This document shows positions 38,752-52,678 of a stretch of DNA of 64,000 bases, in pieces. Origin of the DNA: Camelus dromedarius (taxonomy: Eukaryota). The position numbers and the translations under genes are program-made. The stretch spans positions 115,446,001 to 115,510,000 of the forward strand of contig NC_087437.1 of NCBI RefSeq assembly GCF_036321535.1. The letters run 5' to 3'. The notes beneath the pieces are model-generated. The model saw nothing but the letters and a program-made list of their open reading frames with translations, was not told where the DNA came from and ran no database searches. Each line of letters starts with the position of its first letter. The first letter of the stretch is position 1.

Positions 38752-39579
38752 TGTGACAGACAGAATAATACCACCGCCCCCCCTAAAAAAAAAAAAAAAG
38801 ACGTCTACATCCAAATCCCTGGAAACTGTGAATGTGTTACCTTACAAAGAGACTTTGCAACAGACTCACAGACAGAAAACAAACTTACGATTACCAGGGC
38901 GGGGAAGACGGTGGGAAGGGATAAACTGGGAGTTTGAGATTTGCAGACACTAACTATTATATATAAAATAGATAAACAACAAGATCCTACTGTATAGCAC
39001 AGGGAACTATAGTCAATATCTTATAATGAAAAAGAATATGAAAAGGAATATATGTATGTTCTTGTATGACTGAACTATTGTGCTGTACACCAGAAAGTGA
39101 TACAACACTGTAACTGACTATACTTCAGTTAAAAATTAATTAAATTAAAAAAAATTTTTTTTAAGAGACTGCAGATGTAATTAAGTTAAGGGTCTTTAGA
39201 GGGGAGGATTATCCTGGATTCTTCAGGTGGGCTAAATGTAGTTAAAGGGGTCCTTAGAAGAGGGAGTAGGAATGTACGAGCCAGAAAAAGGAGATGTGAT
39301 CGTGGAAGCAGCAGAGATTGGAAGGATGCACCTTGAAAATAGAAAGTGGAGCCATAGCCAAAGAATGTAGGTTCTAGAATGCCTCCAGAAACTGGAAAAG
39401 GCAAGGAAACAGACTCTCCCCTGGAGCCTCCAGAAGGAACACAGCCTTGATGACCCTTCATTTTCATTCTAGAAGTCTCACTTCACACCTTTGACCTCTA
39501 GACCTGTAAGAGTGCATTTGTGTTGTTTTAAGCCAGGAACATTGTGGTAATCGGTTACAGTAGCAATGGGAAACATACA
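38752..39579 (+). mobile_element. MLT1D-like MaLR LTR containing an L1 3'UTR insertion (~38860-39160)
   Basis: tgtgacagacagaataat...gtgaatgtgttaccttaca | gcagatgtaattaagttaaggg...gttacagtagcaatgggaaac; aagagact duplicated around the L1 insert. Confidence 0.8.
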
Positions 39580-40331
39580 CTTGCTGAAGTGACTATTACT
39601 TTGCAATCTCTGACACGTCACAGCTGACTCCAGTCGTAACTAATACAGTGTGGTGTCTGTAAGTGGGAAGATGTATGTGGTAGAACCTAAGTGGTGGCAC
39701 TGACTTAGTGGTTGGATGGTGAGGACTCGGATATTGCAGGCAGGAAAAATGACAGCCACGGGTCTGTGGCAACGAGATATTTGGTGGCATGTTCCCAGTG
39801 TTACTTTAGAAGGCATACTACCTGCCAACCAAGGCTGAGCATTAGGAAAAAATGATTGGAAAAATTCAGAATTCAGGGCACATGTGGCTGCTTCCTTATC
39901 ACTTCTTTATCAGCAAAGCCCCAGAGAGGTGAACTCGGGGAAAAATCCAGGCAGTGTGGAAACAGAATATGGAATGTTGTTGTGCCCAGGAAACCCTCTC
40001 TGCCTGGAGTCTACAATTTAATTTGACTGTTAAACTGATAATCTGAGGTCTTCTGCCATATCCCAAACAATGGCAGCCTGGGAAGATGGTTTTGCTGAGG
40101 TCTCCAAGTTTTACAAATGGCTTCATATTTCAATTTTTCTGCCAGAGGGTGAGAGCCAGTCCAGAGTAACCATTAGTGTAAGGGTGTTACCTGCCCAACT
40201 GAGCCCTCATTCCATGGGTCCTCAAGGTATTAAATTGAAGAGAAGCATAGTGCCCAGTGGCTAAAAGATCGAAGTCTTCAGACAAAAACTGTCTAGGCAA
40301 GTGTTTGGGCTCTGGTTAGCTGAACATAGAA

Positions 40332-40521
40332 TAGGGCTACCAAAGAAAACACAGGATGCCCAGGTCAATTTGAATTTCAGATAAACTAATACTTTTTTTA
40401 GGGTAAGCATGTCTCAAGCATTTAAATTCTAAAGAATTTTTCATTGTTTATCTGAAATTCAGGTTTAACTGGGAATCCTGTGTCTTCTGATTTTTTTAAT
40501 TTGCTCGATCTGGCAACCCTA
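40332..40521. mobile_element. MER53 (hAT) palindromic MITE
   Basis: Termini tagggctacca / tggcaacccta; internal inverted repeat tgaatttcagataaac / gtttatctgaaattca. Confidence 0.85.
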
Positions 40522-41384
40522 AAATGGGACACACCAGAAACAAACATACCAGAAGCTTTCTGTATTTGTGGGAGTATTAATTATATTGTTAAGGAAACCA
40601 CAAACTGGCTTACAAATGCAGGTTACTCAACAATTTGTAAAGCAACTCCTAGGACCTGGTATCAGTGTAGCTCCTAAGAAGTGTATTCCCTCCGATGCTC
40701 ACTTCTGATGTGGCTTTGGAAGATGAGGGACGGGGAAGTCCTCCTGCAAAGCAGAGCCAGAAGGATAAGGAACAAGAGGCTTTGTTCCAGAGCTGGAGGT
40801 GTTCCGATGGGCTGACCAAGGAATCTACTCTGTTGGCAGTGAAGGGGTCCTCACCACTCCTGTTCCCATAGGATTGGGTCACTGCTACAGGCCAAGAACT
40901 TTCAGGTGTTTTCCATGAACCCCTTTTCCAAATGAGAGTTTTTACTGTAACTATTTTTTCCTGCTACACTATTGTATATATTGCTCATTTTGAAGTAGGT
41001 AAATTTTAGTTTGTGAATTTCCAGACCACAGGAGCCCCTCTGGACGGATGGAGAGCTCTGTATACCCCCCACAATGCAGATTTCTGAGCTGGAGGGACTT
41101 CGGAGTTGTTGCTCTGGGGAAAGGTATATACCTAGATGTGTGTGGGCAGAGAGAGGTGGACAGATGTGGGTGGCTGAAAGGCCATGTTTGCTTTTGTGGC
41201 AGTTTTCTTTCCTCTTCCAGCATTCTTCTTCTAGAGCAGAATAGCTTTCTTTGCAGGATGCTGGGAGGCCATGAATAAGTTACATACGTACTCAGACATG
41301 GGCACCCTCACTTTCACGGCAAACAGCTAAGTGTTGGAGCGTGTGGAGTCTCTGGCCACAAGCAGCCCTATCCTTTGGCTCCCC

Positions 41385-42007
41385 TGTGCCGTTATCAGGA
41401 AATGGTTGGGAGGCTCTGAAATTAAAGACAGCACAGTCCACACAGAACCTCTCTCACATCTGAGACCAATTACAGGTTTGGGGGAGTCCCCAAACCACCC
41501 TCAGTTTCAATAATTCATTGGCAAGTCTCATGGAACTCACTGAAACCTGTTCTGCCCAGGGTTATAGTTTCTTACAGCCAAAGGATACAGTTTAAAATCA
41601 GCCAAGGGAAGAAGCTCAGAGGGATGAGTCCAGGAAAGTACCCAACATGGAGCTTCCACTGACCTCTCCCCATGTAGTCATGGACCGCATCTCTCTCCTG
41701 CCTCCATGTACAACATGTACAATGGAGAAATTCACCCAAATTTGGAGTCCAGAGTTTTTATTGGGGCTCCACCATGTAGTAATGCTGACTTACTGGATGG
41801 CTGATCTCAGCCCCAAGCCCCTCCTGAAGTGGAACTGATATCAAGGGACCCAAAGCTCTCACCCTAAATCCCCCTAAATCACGTAGACTTTGCCACAGCC
41901 AGGCCCCAGTCTAAGCAAAGACACATCTATTGAAGCTGGTGACCTATTGGAAGCTGAAGGCAAAGAGCAGACCTCTCTTTGGGTGAAGTCAAATTCTTCA
42001 CTACACA
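41385..42007 (-). mobile_element. MER21-like LTR
   Basis: ccccaaaccaccctcagtttcaataattc...gaactcactgaaa...caaattcttcactacaca. Confidence 0.65.
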
Positions 42008-43184
42008 GACACACTCTTCTACAGTAATAGAACCCTGATTCTTAACTGACCACGAAGCTCCCAGAATCAGGAAACCCAACCTCCACCAGAATCCCTACCT
42101 CCTGTGCATCGCTGTGACTTTGTGACTAAATTCAAGGCAATGGGATGTAAGTGGAAGTGGTATTTGCACTTCTGAAAAGTGGAGGGGAACTTTTCTCTTC
42201 CCCTTCTTTCTTCTTGCTGCCTTGATGGGGCTTGAGGAGCTGTCTTGGCCCAAAATGTGAAGCTTCGTGTCGAGAATGGTGGGCAACAAGGTGGAAGGAG
42301 CCTGGGTTCCTGTTGATTGAGGCACCCTTCATACAGATGTTTAGAGAAAACTCTTAAATCATGTTTACCGTGGTGTTACTTTGAATTTTCTGTCCTTTGC
42401 AGCAGGATCTAATTTCAACATTTGCTTGAAACTTACTTTTCTATCGCTTTCATCCAGATTTGCCAAACTGTTTGCTCATCATTCACTGGGTTCCATCTTT
42501 GATCCAATTCACCCACATGCTATCAGATGCTCCTGAGATTTCGCCTCGCTGGGGTAACTCTCGCTTCTCTAGGACACTGGCCTCTATCCCAGGCCTGTTT
42601 CACATCCAGGAATTTCACTTTCCATTTCTGGCTGAGGCAGGAGGACAAGAAGGGGATGTTTTCTGATGACGTAATCATTGTGCTTGCCATGGCTGAGTGA
42701 TTGGAGATTTGACTAACACCTAAACTTTATATCTAAACTTTCTGGACAATTTTCTTGACATATCTTTAAAATTTTGAAGAACAGGTATATGTTTAATTAG
42801 AGTGAAGATTTATAGACCTTTCTGAGACCTACTATTTGAACTTTATCCACATTTTATCAAAATGTACTGGGGCTCCCTATGCTCAGTTGCTTTGCATTGT
42901 GTATACAGAGGATACGTGAAGGATACGTGAATATACAAAGAACAGCAGGATAAACACTGAAATTTTAATTTTTATGATTTTGGTGTTTCGTCATCCTTTA
43001 TTCCTCATAAAGACTTCATCCCAGCTTTTGCTGGCATCTGAGAAGTTAATCATTAAAACATCAAGGATAAATGCATACTCCTTTTTACATTATGAAGACA
43101 GGGATTTTATCCTTCCTTTATTTAAGAACAGCAGGACACTGGGATGTCATGCAATCTCTGTCACCTTCTTCATGGCTAATATTT

Positions 43185-43331
43185 TTAAAAAATTTTTATT
43201 TTCTTATTATTTTTTAAATTTGTTGGAGGGTGGTAATTAGGTCTAATTTATTAAAGGAGACACTGGGGATTGAACCCAGGACCTTGTGCATGGTAAACAT
43301 ACACTCTACCACTGAGCTACACCCTCCCCCC
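43185..43331 (-). mobile_element. tRNA-Ala-derived SINE
   Basis: Intact A box (tagctcagtgg) and B box (ggttcaatccc) on the minus strand; TSD core tcttcatgg at 43167-43175 and 43332-43340. Confidence 0.9.
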
Positions 43332-46109
43332 TCTTCATGGTTTATCTTGAAATTGGAGGTTGGAAGAGGATGGAAGAAATGACACTGAAACTCAAAAGTC
43401 TCACTTCTCATTTGCCTACGTTAATGACTTGATTTCCTCATTTTCGTGGCTGAAAGAGATATATATGTATATATATGAAATGTTAAGGTTAATTTTCTGA
43501 TTACTGCACAGTCAAAATCAATATTTAAAACTTCAGTACATATCAGTGATGTGTTTCTTACTTTGCTCCTTTACAAATGCAAAGAAAAAAAGATATATAA
43601 CACGTGAAGAGTGGAAAAGTCATAAAGCTGTGGGAAGGTTACCTAACAATAATTATTAGGCAAGGGCTTGCCAGCTATTTGTGCCCTCAGTGGAAAAGGC
43701 CTCACGGAATCTTCTTGCTGAAAGGAACCTAAGAACTTACTGACATGAGTTTCCTCCTGATGAAATAACCAAGACCCTGGGGAAACCAAAGTAGAGGCCA
43801 AAAATCACCCTGCCAATTAGCAGCAGAGCCAGAACCGGCACCCAGGTTTCCTGGCTCCTGGCTCGGGGCTCTTTCGGGACATCCCACGTGTCTTCAGTGA
43901 TGGGTACAGAAGTTTTATATCATCAAGGTTAAAATGAAAGATCTTCTAGTAAGTTGCAGGTGTGTTTAGCTGCAACCTCAGAAGACAATTGGGTCCACTT
44001 GTGCTCCTCTGATGGGAAAGAAACTTGTGTTCTAGTGAAGCGAAAGATTTCTGTCTCCAGAATAATATAGAAACTATCTTCCTAGAAAACCAGAGAAGGA
44101 ACATGCAGATGTCCAAAGTTCGTCAGTGAACACAAATCAGCTCAGGAATAAAACCAAAGTCATGGCTCCTCTTGGAGGTTGCACGCTCCTTGAAGATGAG
44201 AATTTCTCGGCTTTGTAGCTCCTCCCACACTGAGCACGTCGTATTTGGGGCTGAAATTTCTCTTTAATGAATGAGTTATACAAATCCTTGCTTTACAGCC
44301 TAGCATTTGCCCCTTTCAAAAGAAGCACTTGGTACATATGGGTCTAATTTCCTGTGGTGTCAGAAATATTGTTTAATCGTACTGTTAAAAATAAAGCCCT
44401 CCAGGGCCGACTGAGCTAAATTCTCCAAACCGCTAGATGGTCTTTCCTCTTTGGGCCACTCAGCTGTGCAGCCGGAAATGGATCGGAGGGAGAGCGCTGA
44501 GGCTCTTCCTCAAATACCCCGGAACGCTGGCTATGTCAGAAAATGTTCGGAGAATGCCTCGGAAGCGGAGAGAGCATTTCCAAAGATATGCACACAAAGG
44601 TATTTGAACCGGAGAATATGCACTCTAAAATAGAGGCATGGAGCTCATTCACAGAGGGTCAAGTTTTTACCAGGTTTGGGAGCTGCAGTGCGTTACTGTG
44701 AGCCCAAGAATACAGGGAACTGTAAAATCCGTGTCCCGCAGAGTGGCGTGTTCGCACTCAGGCGTGTGGTTTTACATTCATCCTCTTGTGCTAAAATACA
44801 CATAAAATTGTGATCAAGCTCTCAGCATATTTAAGTGATATTACCTGATAAATGACACTCCATGCTTCGGGGGGGGGGGGAAACCCTGTAGAAACAATTA
44901 AATCTTAAAAAAAAAAAACTCGTACAATGATTTTTCACTGAAAAATAGGTATCTTTTAGTTGAAACCGAGGAACATGAGCTGAATGTTGAAACAACACCA
45001 GGAAGACGATCCTCTAGTGTTCTCTGCCAACTCACACAATCAGAATGAGGTGCAGGTTTCCTCCGACAACACAGAGACAGGAAGACATTGTCTAGGTGTG
45101 GAGTTCCTAGTCGTGGAAGAGTTCCAACCATACCAATGTGAAAACATCCTGTTTCAGAGAGTTAAAACAGCAAATCAAGACATTAGAAAGATTGACCCAA
45201 TGGAGTACCACTTGGCAATACAAGGAACAAACTACTAATCTACACAACAGCCTCATGGATCTCAGAAACTATTCACAAAGTGAAAATAAACACAGACTGC
45301 ATACTGGATGATTCCATTTCTATGAAATTTCTAGCAATGGCAAAACTATAGAAATAGAGTGGATAGGTGGTTGCCTGGGGCCACAGGTGGGAGCAGGCAA
45401 AGGTAGCTTTTTGGGTGTTGTTGGGAAACTGGATTGTGGAGACGGTTCATAAATACATAAATTCACTAAAATTCATCAGCTGTACCCTTATAGCAGGTGA
45501 TGTTTATACTATGTAAATTGTACTTCAATCAAGCTGTCTTCTTTTTAAAAGGGAAAATTAAAAGAGATGATTCTTTCAGGACCAGCCTAAGACTGCTTTG
45601 CACAAACAGGCCGTCTTACCTGTAGGATTTGTGGTAGCCATCATAACTTTCCAAATGTGAGAGCATCAAGGGTACCTTGACATGCAAATCTAGATACTGT
45701 TATATCAGTTCATGTTGGTAACTTCCAAATTAGAATGTACAATTTCTAAACATAATTGTTATTATGTTAGCCTACTCAGTACGGATGCCATGTCCAAGAA
45801 TGTTCGTACATTACATTGAGGGAAACAAACCAGTTCCCTAATTTGGGGGGATGGTGGTATGCCTGGGAGCCCAGGAGAACTTCGTGAGCTTTTCCTGAAC
45901 CGGGCAGCTGTTTAGGGCAGTTCCCGGGGCAGGAGGAAAGGTATTTAGGGTGGAGACTTAAATGCCTTCCCTAACAGCTGTGGTATGCTGGCTACACTCA
46001 TCTCCCTCACCACAGAAATGTGGGGAAATTATATTAGGAAACCTCATCTTGTTCAAAGGCAAAAGAATGAATGGAACATTCTAGGGTCAACTTGATTGGT
46101 GTTTCTGTC

Positions 46110-46260
46110 CACAGCAAGTGGTTCTCATTCTTGGGTGTGCGTCAAAATCTCCTGACTTGTTCAAAAGGCAGATTCCTGGGCCGGGCCCCAAGGTTGTCAA
46201 ACTGGATGTCTGGGAAGGAGGGCCGGAGTCTGCATCTTTAATGTGGGTAAGCCATGTTTG
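46110..46260. mobile_element. MER5A-like hAT-Charlie fragment
   Basis: agtggttctca...gcagattcctgggcc...tctgcatctttaa. Confidence 0.6.
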
Positions 46261-48344
46261 TGACAAGTGACCCACCACCTCCGCCACTGGCGATCAGACC
46301 AAGAATGGACACTTAACTCAAACTGGCCCAATCAGAGCCCCTTTTCCTGGAAATTTGCAGTTGTAACTAAGCTGTTCTCATCTCACTGTGGGCTGGTTTC
46401 TTATAAAGAGAAGGAGGAAAACTCAAGAACTCAAGCACTGCTTTTCTCTACTCATGAGGAAGGAGTAGCTTAGATATCTAGGTGGGAGAGAGGAGAACTG
46501 GTGATGACGAGGATACCCTTGGGAACTGCATTCCATTTCCCAGTTCCATGCCCCTCTGGGGCCCTGCTGGCTTTGTTCAGTCCCATGAGACACTCCAGTA
46601 TTATTGGAATAAAGGGTCCTTCTCTGGTTGTTTGATCCAGCTCTGACCTGCTGTCAAAGAGCCCTCATGAATCCAAGAACGATCACATTTCCTTCTGTCC
46701 ATTTTTGTCCTTGTTTTAACTCAAATCCCTTCCTTCTGCAGACAGGAAGGCAGACCACATTGTCTTCCTTATGATGCAAAATGAGAGCTTTCCTCAAAAA
46801 CTGATTTGGTTGGAATTACTGACTATAATATGACATGCTGACTGTACTTGAAATTATGAAATAATTAATTTTTGGGTACAAAATGAAACTGTGAGTCCTT
46901 GTCTTTTAGAATTACATATTGAAATATTTCCACCTGAAATGTTATGATGTCAGGATTTGCTTCTAAATGATCCCAGAAGGCAAAAAGTGAGGGCATAGAT
47001 GAAACAAAGTTGACCTTGAGCTGATAATTGTTGCATCTAGGTGACTGGGATTCACTGTACTAGTCTATCTACTTTTCTCTATGTTTGAAATCTTCCATAA
47101 TAAGAAATTCTAAAAATACCAGTGGGAATTTTTTCAGGGGATTACCTCTGAAATAACATGAAACTATCACATTCAAAAGTAAGAAGAAACTTTTAAAATT
47201 AGAGATCTAACAGTGTCACTCCACAGGCTGTCACCCCTAATGGGAGCGGGTCTCATGCAGCGTGCAGCTAATGTGTGAATAAAAACCCACCAGGTGTGTG
47301 TTTCCCCCCTTCACTTGACTGAAAATAGAAACTTGGAGTTTGTGTTCATCTCTGATGATGCAATCCAAAATGAAACACCTTAAGATTGATAGCTTTCTTT
47401 TAAATTAAAAAAACCCACACATTGAACTATATACTTAGTGGGCTTTGTTTTATTAAAAATTACCTGGTAGATTTAAAAGTAAGAAATATTGTCTCAAAGT
47501 AGAACATTTTCTAAATAGGTTGAAAGCATATGTGCAGGAAAATAAAGCATCTTGGGTGCTTTCCAACAGCTCCAAAAGGCTCAGTGTGTCTATGCATACC
47601 TTCTTATTTAGAGGAGTGAGCAGGAGTTGGAGGGGCGGGATGCTGGTTGAGTATTCAAGAGCATCTGATTTCATTCTTTATATATTCACTACAGTTAAGA
47701 GTGGTCTTTCCTGGGGGTGTGGATTTGGAGAGAAATATTTAAAGAGTTCCTTTTAGATTGATTGTCCATTTCACCTTCATCCCTATCCATTTTCAAGGTG
47801 GCCAAAGTCAGTCCTCTGTAGGAGAACACAAGGGAACCATCTGCTCCTTGTATGACCTGTTGCTATCCTGATTTTACGGTTACTCTCACGCTATAGACAC
47901 ATTTTTGGACCCGCTTCTGAGACCAGGGGTCCCAACTGCCCGTTTGGTGTCCGAATATCCATTTCTTTTCATTAGTCCTTTCCTCAACTGGCCTTATTTG
48001 CTGCTTCTTTCCATTTGTGTTCGCTCTGATTGGACTTTGCAACACTCCTCCCATTTGGCCTTTCTACTACAGATTTTGTTCTCATAACACATGTGTACTC
48101 AAAGCAATGCCTCCTATGGCCTAGATTGTGGCTCTTTTGGTTCCAAGGACTAAAGACCCACTCTCTACCTCATGGAAACAGGAGTTCATTGCAATAGCAT
48201 TTTTAATCAAAACACACTGGTATCAAAACAACAACCACCAAACCCATTTCCATGCTCAGGGGCTCAATAACCCCCCTCATTGTATCTTCAGGTGTTCATG
48301 AATTGAATGAGACTAAAGGTTTAGAATTACAAAGACAGCATCTA

Positions 48345-48459
48345 AAAAAGAATATGAAAACAAAAATAGGTATGACTATGTACATTATGTACGACTGAAA
48401 CATGCTGTACGTCAGAAATGGACACGTTGTAATTGACTATACTTCAGTTAAAAAAAAAA
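48345..48459 (+). mobile_element. Short L1 3' tip with poly(A)
   Basis: TSD acaaagacagcatcta (48329-48344) / acaaagatagcatcta (48460-48475). Confidence 0.85.
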
Positions 48460-50424
48460 ACAAAGATAGCATCTAGAAATCTTGCTAATATGAAATACTT
48501 ATAACACAAAAAATAAAGCCAATCATATAGCTGAGTCAATGAACCAATTAATAGTTGACATCAGGTTTCCATGGAGCCGTATTCTTGTACAGTGAGGGTG
48601 ATATTAATATTTAAATTCTTAAATATTGTTATATTATCTGTTGTAATGTCCTTGGCTACTAGTTCCCTCATATCTGTCATTACTGAGTCCCTCCCGTTGG
48701 CTGAGTTTTCTCCTGGTTATAGTCGCACCTTATTGCATATCCGGTATTTTCCAGTTGAATGGTGGACATTGTGTGTGCACAATAAAGAGTGTCTGGATTG
48801 AGTTTTCATCTTTTAAAGACTGTTTCAATAGGCAGTTAGTTTATTTGAGGCTATCAGTTTGATACCTGCAAGGCCTGTTTTTAAACTTTGCTTTACTCAC
48901 TTGGAGAAGCCTGGTTCCAGGACTCATTCAGCCCCAACACTGACCATTACCCGTCTTGGGTCTCCACTGAATGTTGCCAATATTTCTAACCTGGCCGGAC
49001 AGATGCAGATGTCTTCTGACTCTGTGTGTGCTGTGGGCATGATTTAGATTACAGTTCTCTGGTCACTTTCTGCATAACTCCGTGGGGATTTACTCCACGC
49101 GTGCGCAGTCGAGGACTCAGCAAAGACTTAGCGGGGCTTCCACGCAGATTGCAGGAGTTCCTTCTCCGCGTAGCATCTTCCTTTCCAGACCTCTTTCCTG
49201 GCTTCAGCCTTCCTGAACTGTAATCCCCGTTTCCTCTAACTCAGCAAAGCCATTATAACCTGCCTTTCCTCCTTCTCCGCACCACATTTCAGAACAAGTT
49301 TGTTTTCTTTCTCTAAGGGCTCACAGTTCTGCACTCTTATGTAATATCTGATAGCATTTGGTTTATGTTATTTTAGAGTTTTCTAGTCATTTATGGGGGA
49401 ATGGGAAGGCTAGACTGGCACCATTTACTACAGCGAGGCAGAAAGCAGAAGTCTTATAAATTTTGATATACTACTTTAAAAAATCATATTTTACACAGGA
49501 CAGGGAATTATCTTATAATAACTTTAAATGGAGCATAATCTATTTAAATTTTGAATAGTATGTTGCACACCTGAAATTAGTATAATATTATAAATAAAAA
49601 TAAAAATTTTAAGTAAAATTTAAAATTGAGAAATAAAAAAATTTTAAGTAAAAATAACTAAATTAATTTTAAATTTAAACATTTTTAAATAAAAATTTTA
49701 AAAATAAATAATGACAAAATAAAAAGCACGATTTCAATGATCATTCAGTTTACAATATTTTCTCATTTCTTTTGGAATTTCTTTTTTGACTTCTTAGTTA
49801 TTTAGAAATGTGTTTCTTAATTTCCAGTATATGGGGATATTCTGTTTACCTTTTTGTTACTAATTTCTAGGTAAATTTCACTAGGGTTAGAGCACATTCT
49901 CTCTATAATTACTGTCTTATGGAATTTATTGGGATTTGCTTTATGCTCAGTATATTGTCATTTTTGGTAAAGATATTGTGAACATTTCAGAAGAATGGAT
50001 ATTTTGTACTTACAGTTTTTGTTTTTACTCTTAAATAGACTCTATTTTTTAGAGCAGTTTAAGGTTTACAGCAGAACTGAGCAGAAAATACAGAGTTCCC
50101 ATAGCCCTCCCTACCCACACATGTATCCTCCCCACCCTCAACATCCCTCATCAGTGTGGCATATTTGGTACAATTGATGAACCAACATGGACACATTATT
50201 TTCAGCGAAATTCCATAGTTTACAATAGGGTTCACTCTTGATGTTGTACATTCTGTGGGCTTTGACAAATACATAATGACATGTCCATCACTATAATATA
50301 CAGAATCATTTCATCACCCTAAAAATCCCTTGTGCTCCATCTATTCGTTCCTCCCTCCCTCTCCCCAAACCCCTGGAAACCATGATCTTTTTATTGTTTC
50401 TGTAGCTGTGCTGTACTTACAGTT

Positions 50425-50478
50425 TATATATATATACACATACACATATGTACACATATATATACACGCACACACACA
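50425..50478. repeat. (TA)n/(CA)n compound microsatellite
   Basis: tatatatatatatacacatacacatatgtacacatatatatacacgcacacacac. Confidence 0.8.
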
Positions 50479-50569
50479 GTGATCTATGTAAGTTAATCAC
50501 ATCAGTTTATTTGCAAAATTTGCATTGTTCAAATCATCTATATGGTTACGGATTTCTTATTTATGTCAC

Positions 50570-51650
50570 ACATTGTATTTTCTAAAGATAGCTGCAAAAG
50601 TATCTTCCATCCCGCAAGATATTCTACAATGTGTCCTGACTACTTTTCCCATTAAGAGATGAGGTCTGTCACTCCCTTTGAATCTAGTAGATTTGGGGTG
50701 GCTCTAACCAATAGCGTATGGGAAGAATTTGTGTGATTTCCAGTGCTAAATGGTGATTTAGTTTCCGTCACACTTAGAACCCTGAGCTTCTACTGAAGCA
50801 GGAGAATTAAGCCACGTGGAAAGGTAACTTGCAGATGTTCTGGTCGGCAGTCCTAGTCTTCCCAGCTCTGCCAGACATATAAGTGACTGGGTTCAGGTGA
50901 CTTCTGCTCTTAGCCACTGGATCCCTCTAGCCTTCACAGCTTCCCAGCTGAGGCTTCAGACATCATGAGGCAGAGACAGCCATCCCTACCACGGCCCCTC
51001 CAAATTTCTAACCTGCAAAATCTATAAGCATAGCCAGAATGTTGTTTTAAGCTGCTAAGTTTGGGGCTAATTTGTTAGGCAGCTATAGTGACTGAAACAG
51101 AAAGGTAGTGGTAGGAATTGGGGTAGAACCCATAACCAACACCTGAAACAGACAGTGTGGGTCTTTGGGCCAGCCCTGGGCAGATGCTGAAAAGGCCCTT
51201 TAGTGTAAACTTGAAATCCTTTGAGGAGATATTGTTGCACGTGGGAGACCAGGGAGGAAATTATTATTGGAAGATTGCAAAAAGGCAACCCTTTTTATGT
51301 CATGCCATGAAGTCTGGCACCACTATCCCCTGTGGTGATAGAGAAAACAGAAAATACATCTAATAAACTGGCCGTTTTGCCTAAGGAGCTCTCCGGGCAG
51401 AATCTTTAAAGTGCCAAGCAGTTTTACTTGGTCACAAATGATAAGGTACAGATAAAGAGTAAAAACTTTTTCAAGAAAAAATTTAAAAACTGTAAAGGAA
51501 CCAGGATTTTCAGAGTTTAAGGATAAAACTCTTTCTTATTCCTAGCCTGAGCAAAAGATTCTCAAAGAGTCTCAGGGCACATATCAAATAGAGGATTTTG
51601 TCCGGAAAACGTCTCAAAGTTTAGATGATTTTATTAAATTCCCAATTGAC
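50570..51650 (+). mobile_element. MLT1-type LTR (~50570-51100) followed by MaLR internal sequence
   Basis: LTR end gttttaagctgctaagtttggggctaatttgttaggcagctatag...aca, then MLT-int-like sequence. Confidence 0.6.
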
Positions 51651-52678
51651 CGGAATGCCTAGGGATTTGATATTATGGGTTAGTTAACAAATCAAAGCTC
51701 AATTTAAAAAATTAGTATCTGTTTCAATCAAAGTTGTTCATTGTTTCCAAATTACATACTCATTTTTGTATATATATATGCCTAAAAAATTTCTGGGGGA
51801 ATACATCTTGAATGTAAACTAAGGATGCCTCTGGGATATAGGATGAGACTATGGAAAAGGGAAATTTTTCTTTATATATTTCTGTATTTAAAAATTTTTT
51901 CCAGTGAGAATGTATTAATTTTGTAAAAATTAATTAAAAATCTGTAATGAATGTAGTAATGTGTGTTTTATGCTCTTGCCTCTGTTGAATCTACCAAGTG
52001 TAGTTTAATCTCTTTTTGATGAATTCTCATTGTATGCTCTTCATAGTTTCATTATTTGCAATGCTGGACTGAATCTGTTCTGATGTGGAACATAGCATCA
52101 GAGTATTTTTTGCAACCAAACCCTTTACATAATGGTTATTGATTGCCTATTGAGTCCATACAAGGACAGAAGACAAGGCGATTGACTCTGGCATCAAGTT
52201 GGAAGCCTCCCCTAAAAGTCCACGTGGTCTGAGCTGCAGTGGGAGCTGTCACCACTGGCCATCTTGGCTGATAGCTCCCTGCTTGAGCACCTTTTCCCTG
52301 ACTGAGCACCTTTCTTTTCTTTTCCCCCACTCGAATGCTTTCTTTCCTTTTCCTCTTCTGAGCAATAAAACAGCCATTCACTTTGTCCTTCTGCCTCTGC
52401 TGCAAATTCCTTCACAGTTGGTGGCAGGACTCACCCTTTGATGGGCCTCCAAATTTAGGGGTCTCACTATCCGCTAACAAGGTTGATCCAATTTTTTAAC
52501 AAATGTTTTATTTTAGAGTAATTTTGAATTTACAAAAAAATGACAAAGATAGTACAGAGAGTTCCTGTATACCCAATACCCAGTTTCCCTTATTATTAAT
52601 ATCTTTCATTAATATGGTCAAAATTAATGATCTAATATTGATACATTTTATTAACTGAAGTTCATGCTTTATTCATAT

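Noticed and set aside
4864..48459. Recurrent 60-300-bp repeats as an array or new repeat system
   Set aside because: Dispersed copies with variable 5' ends, shared 3' ends, poly(A) and TSDs: ordinary 5'-truncated L1s; nothing CRISPR-like in this eukaryotic sequence
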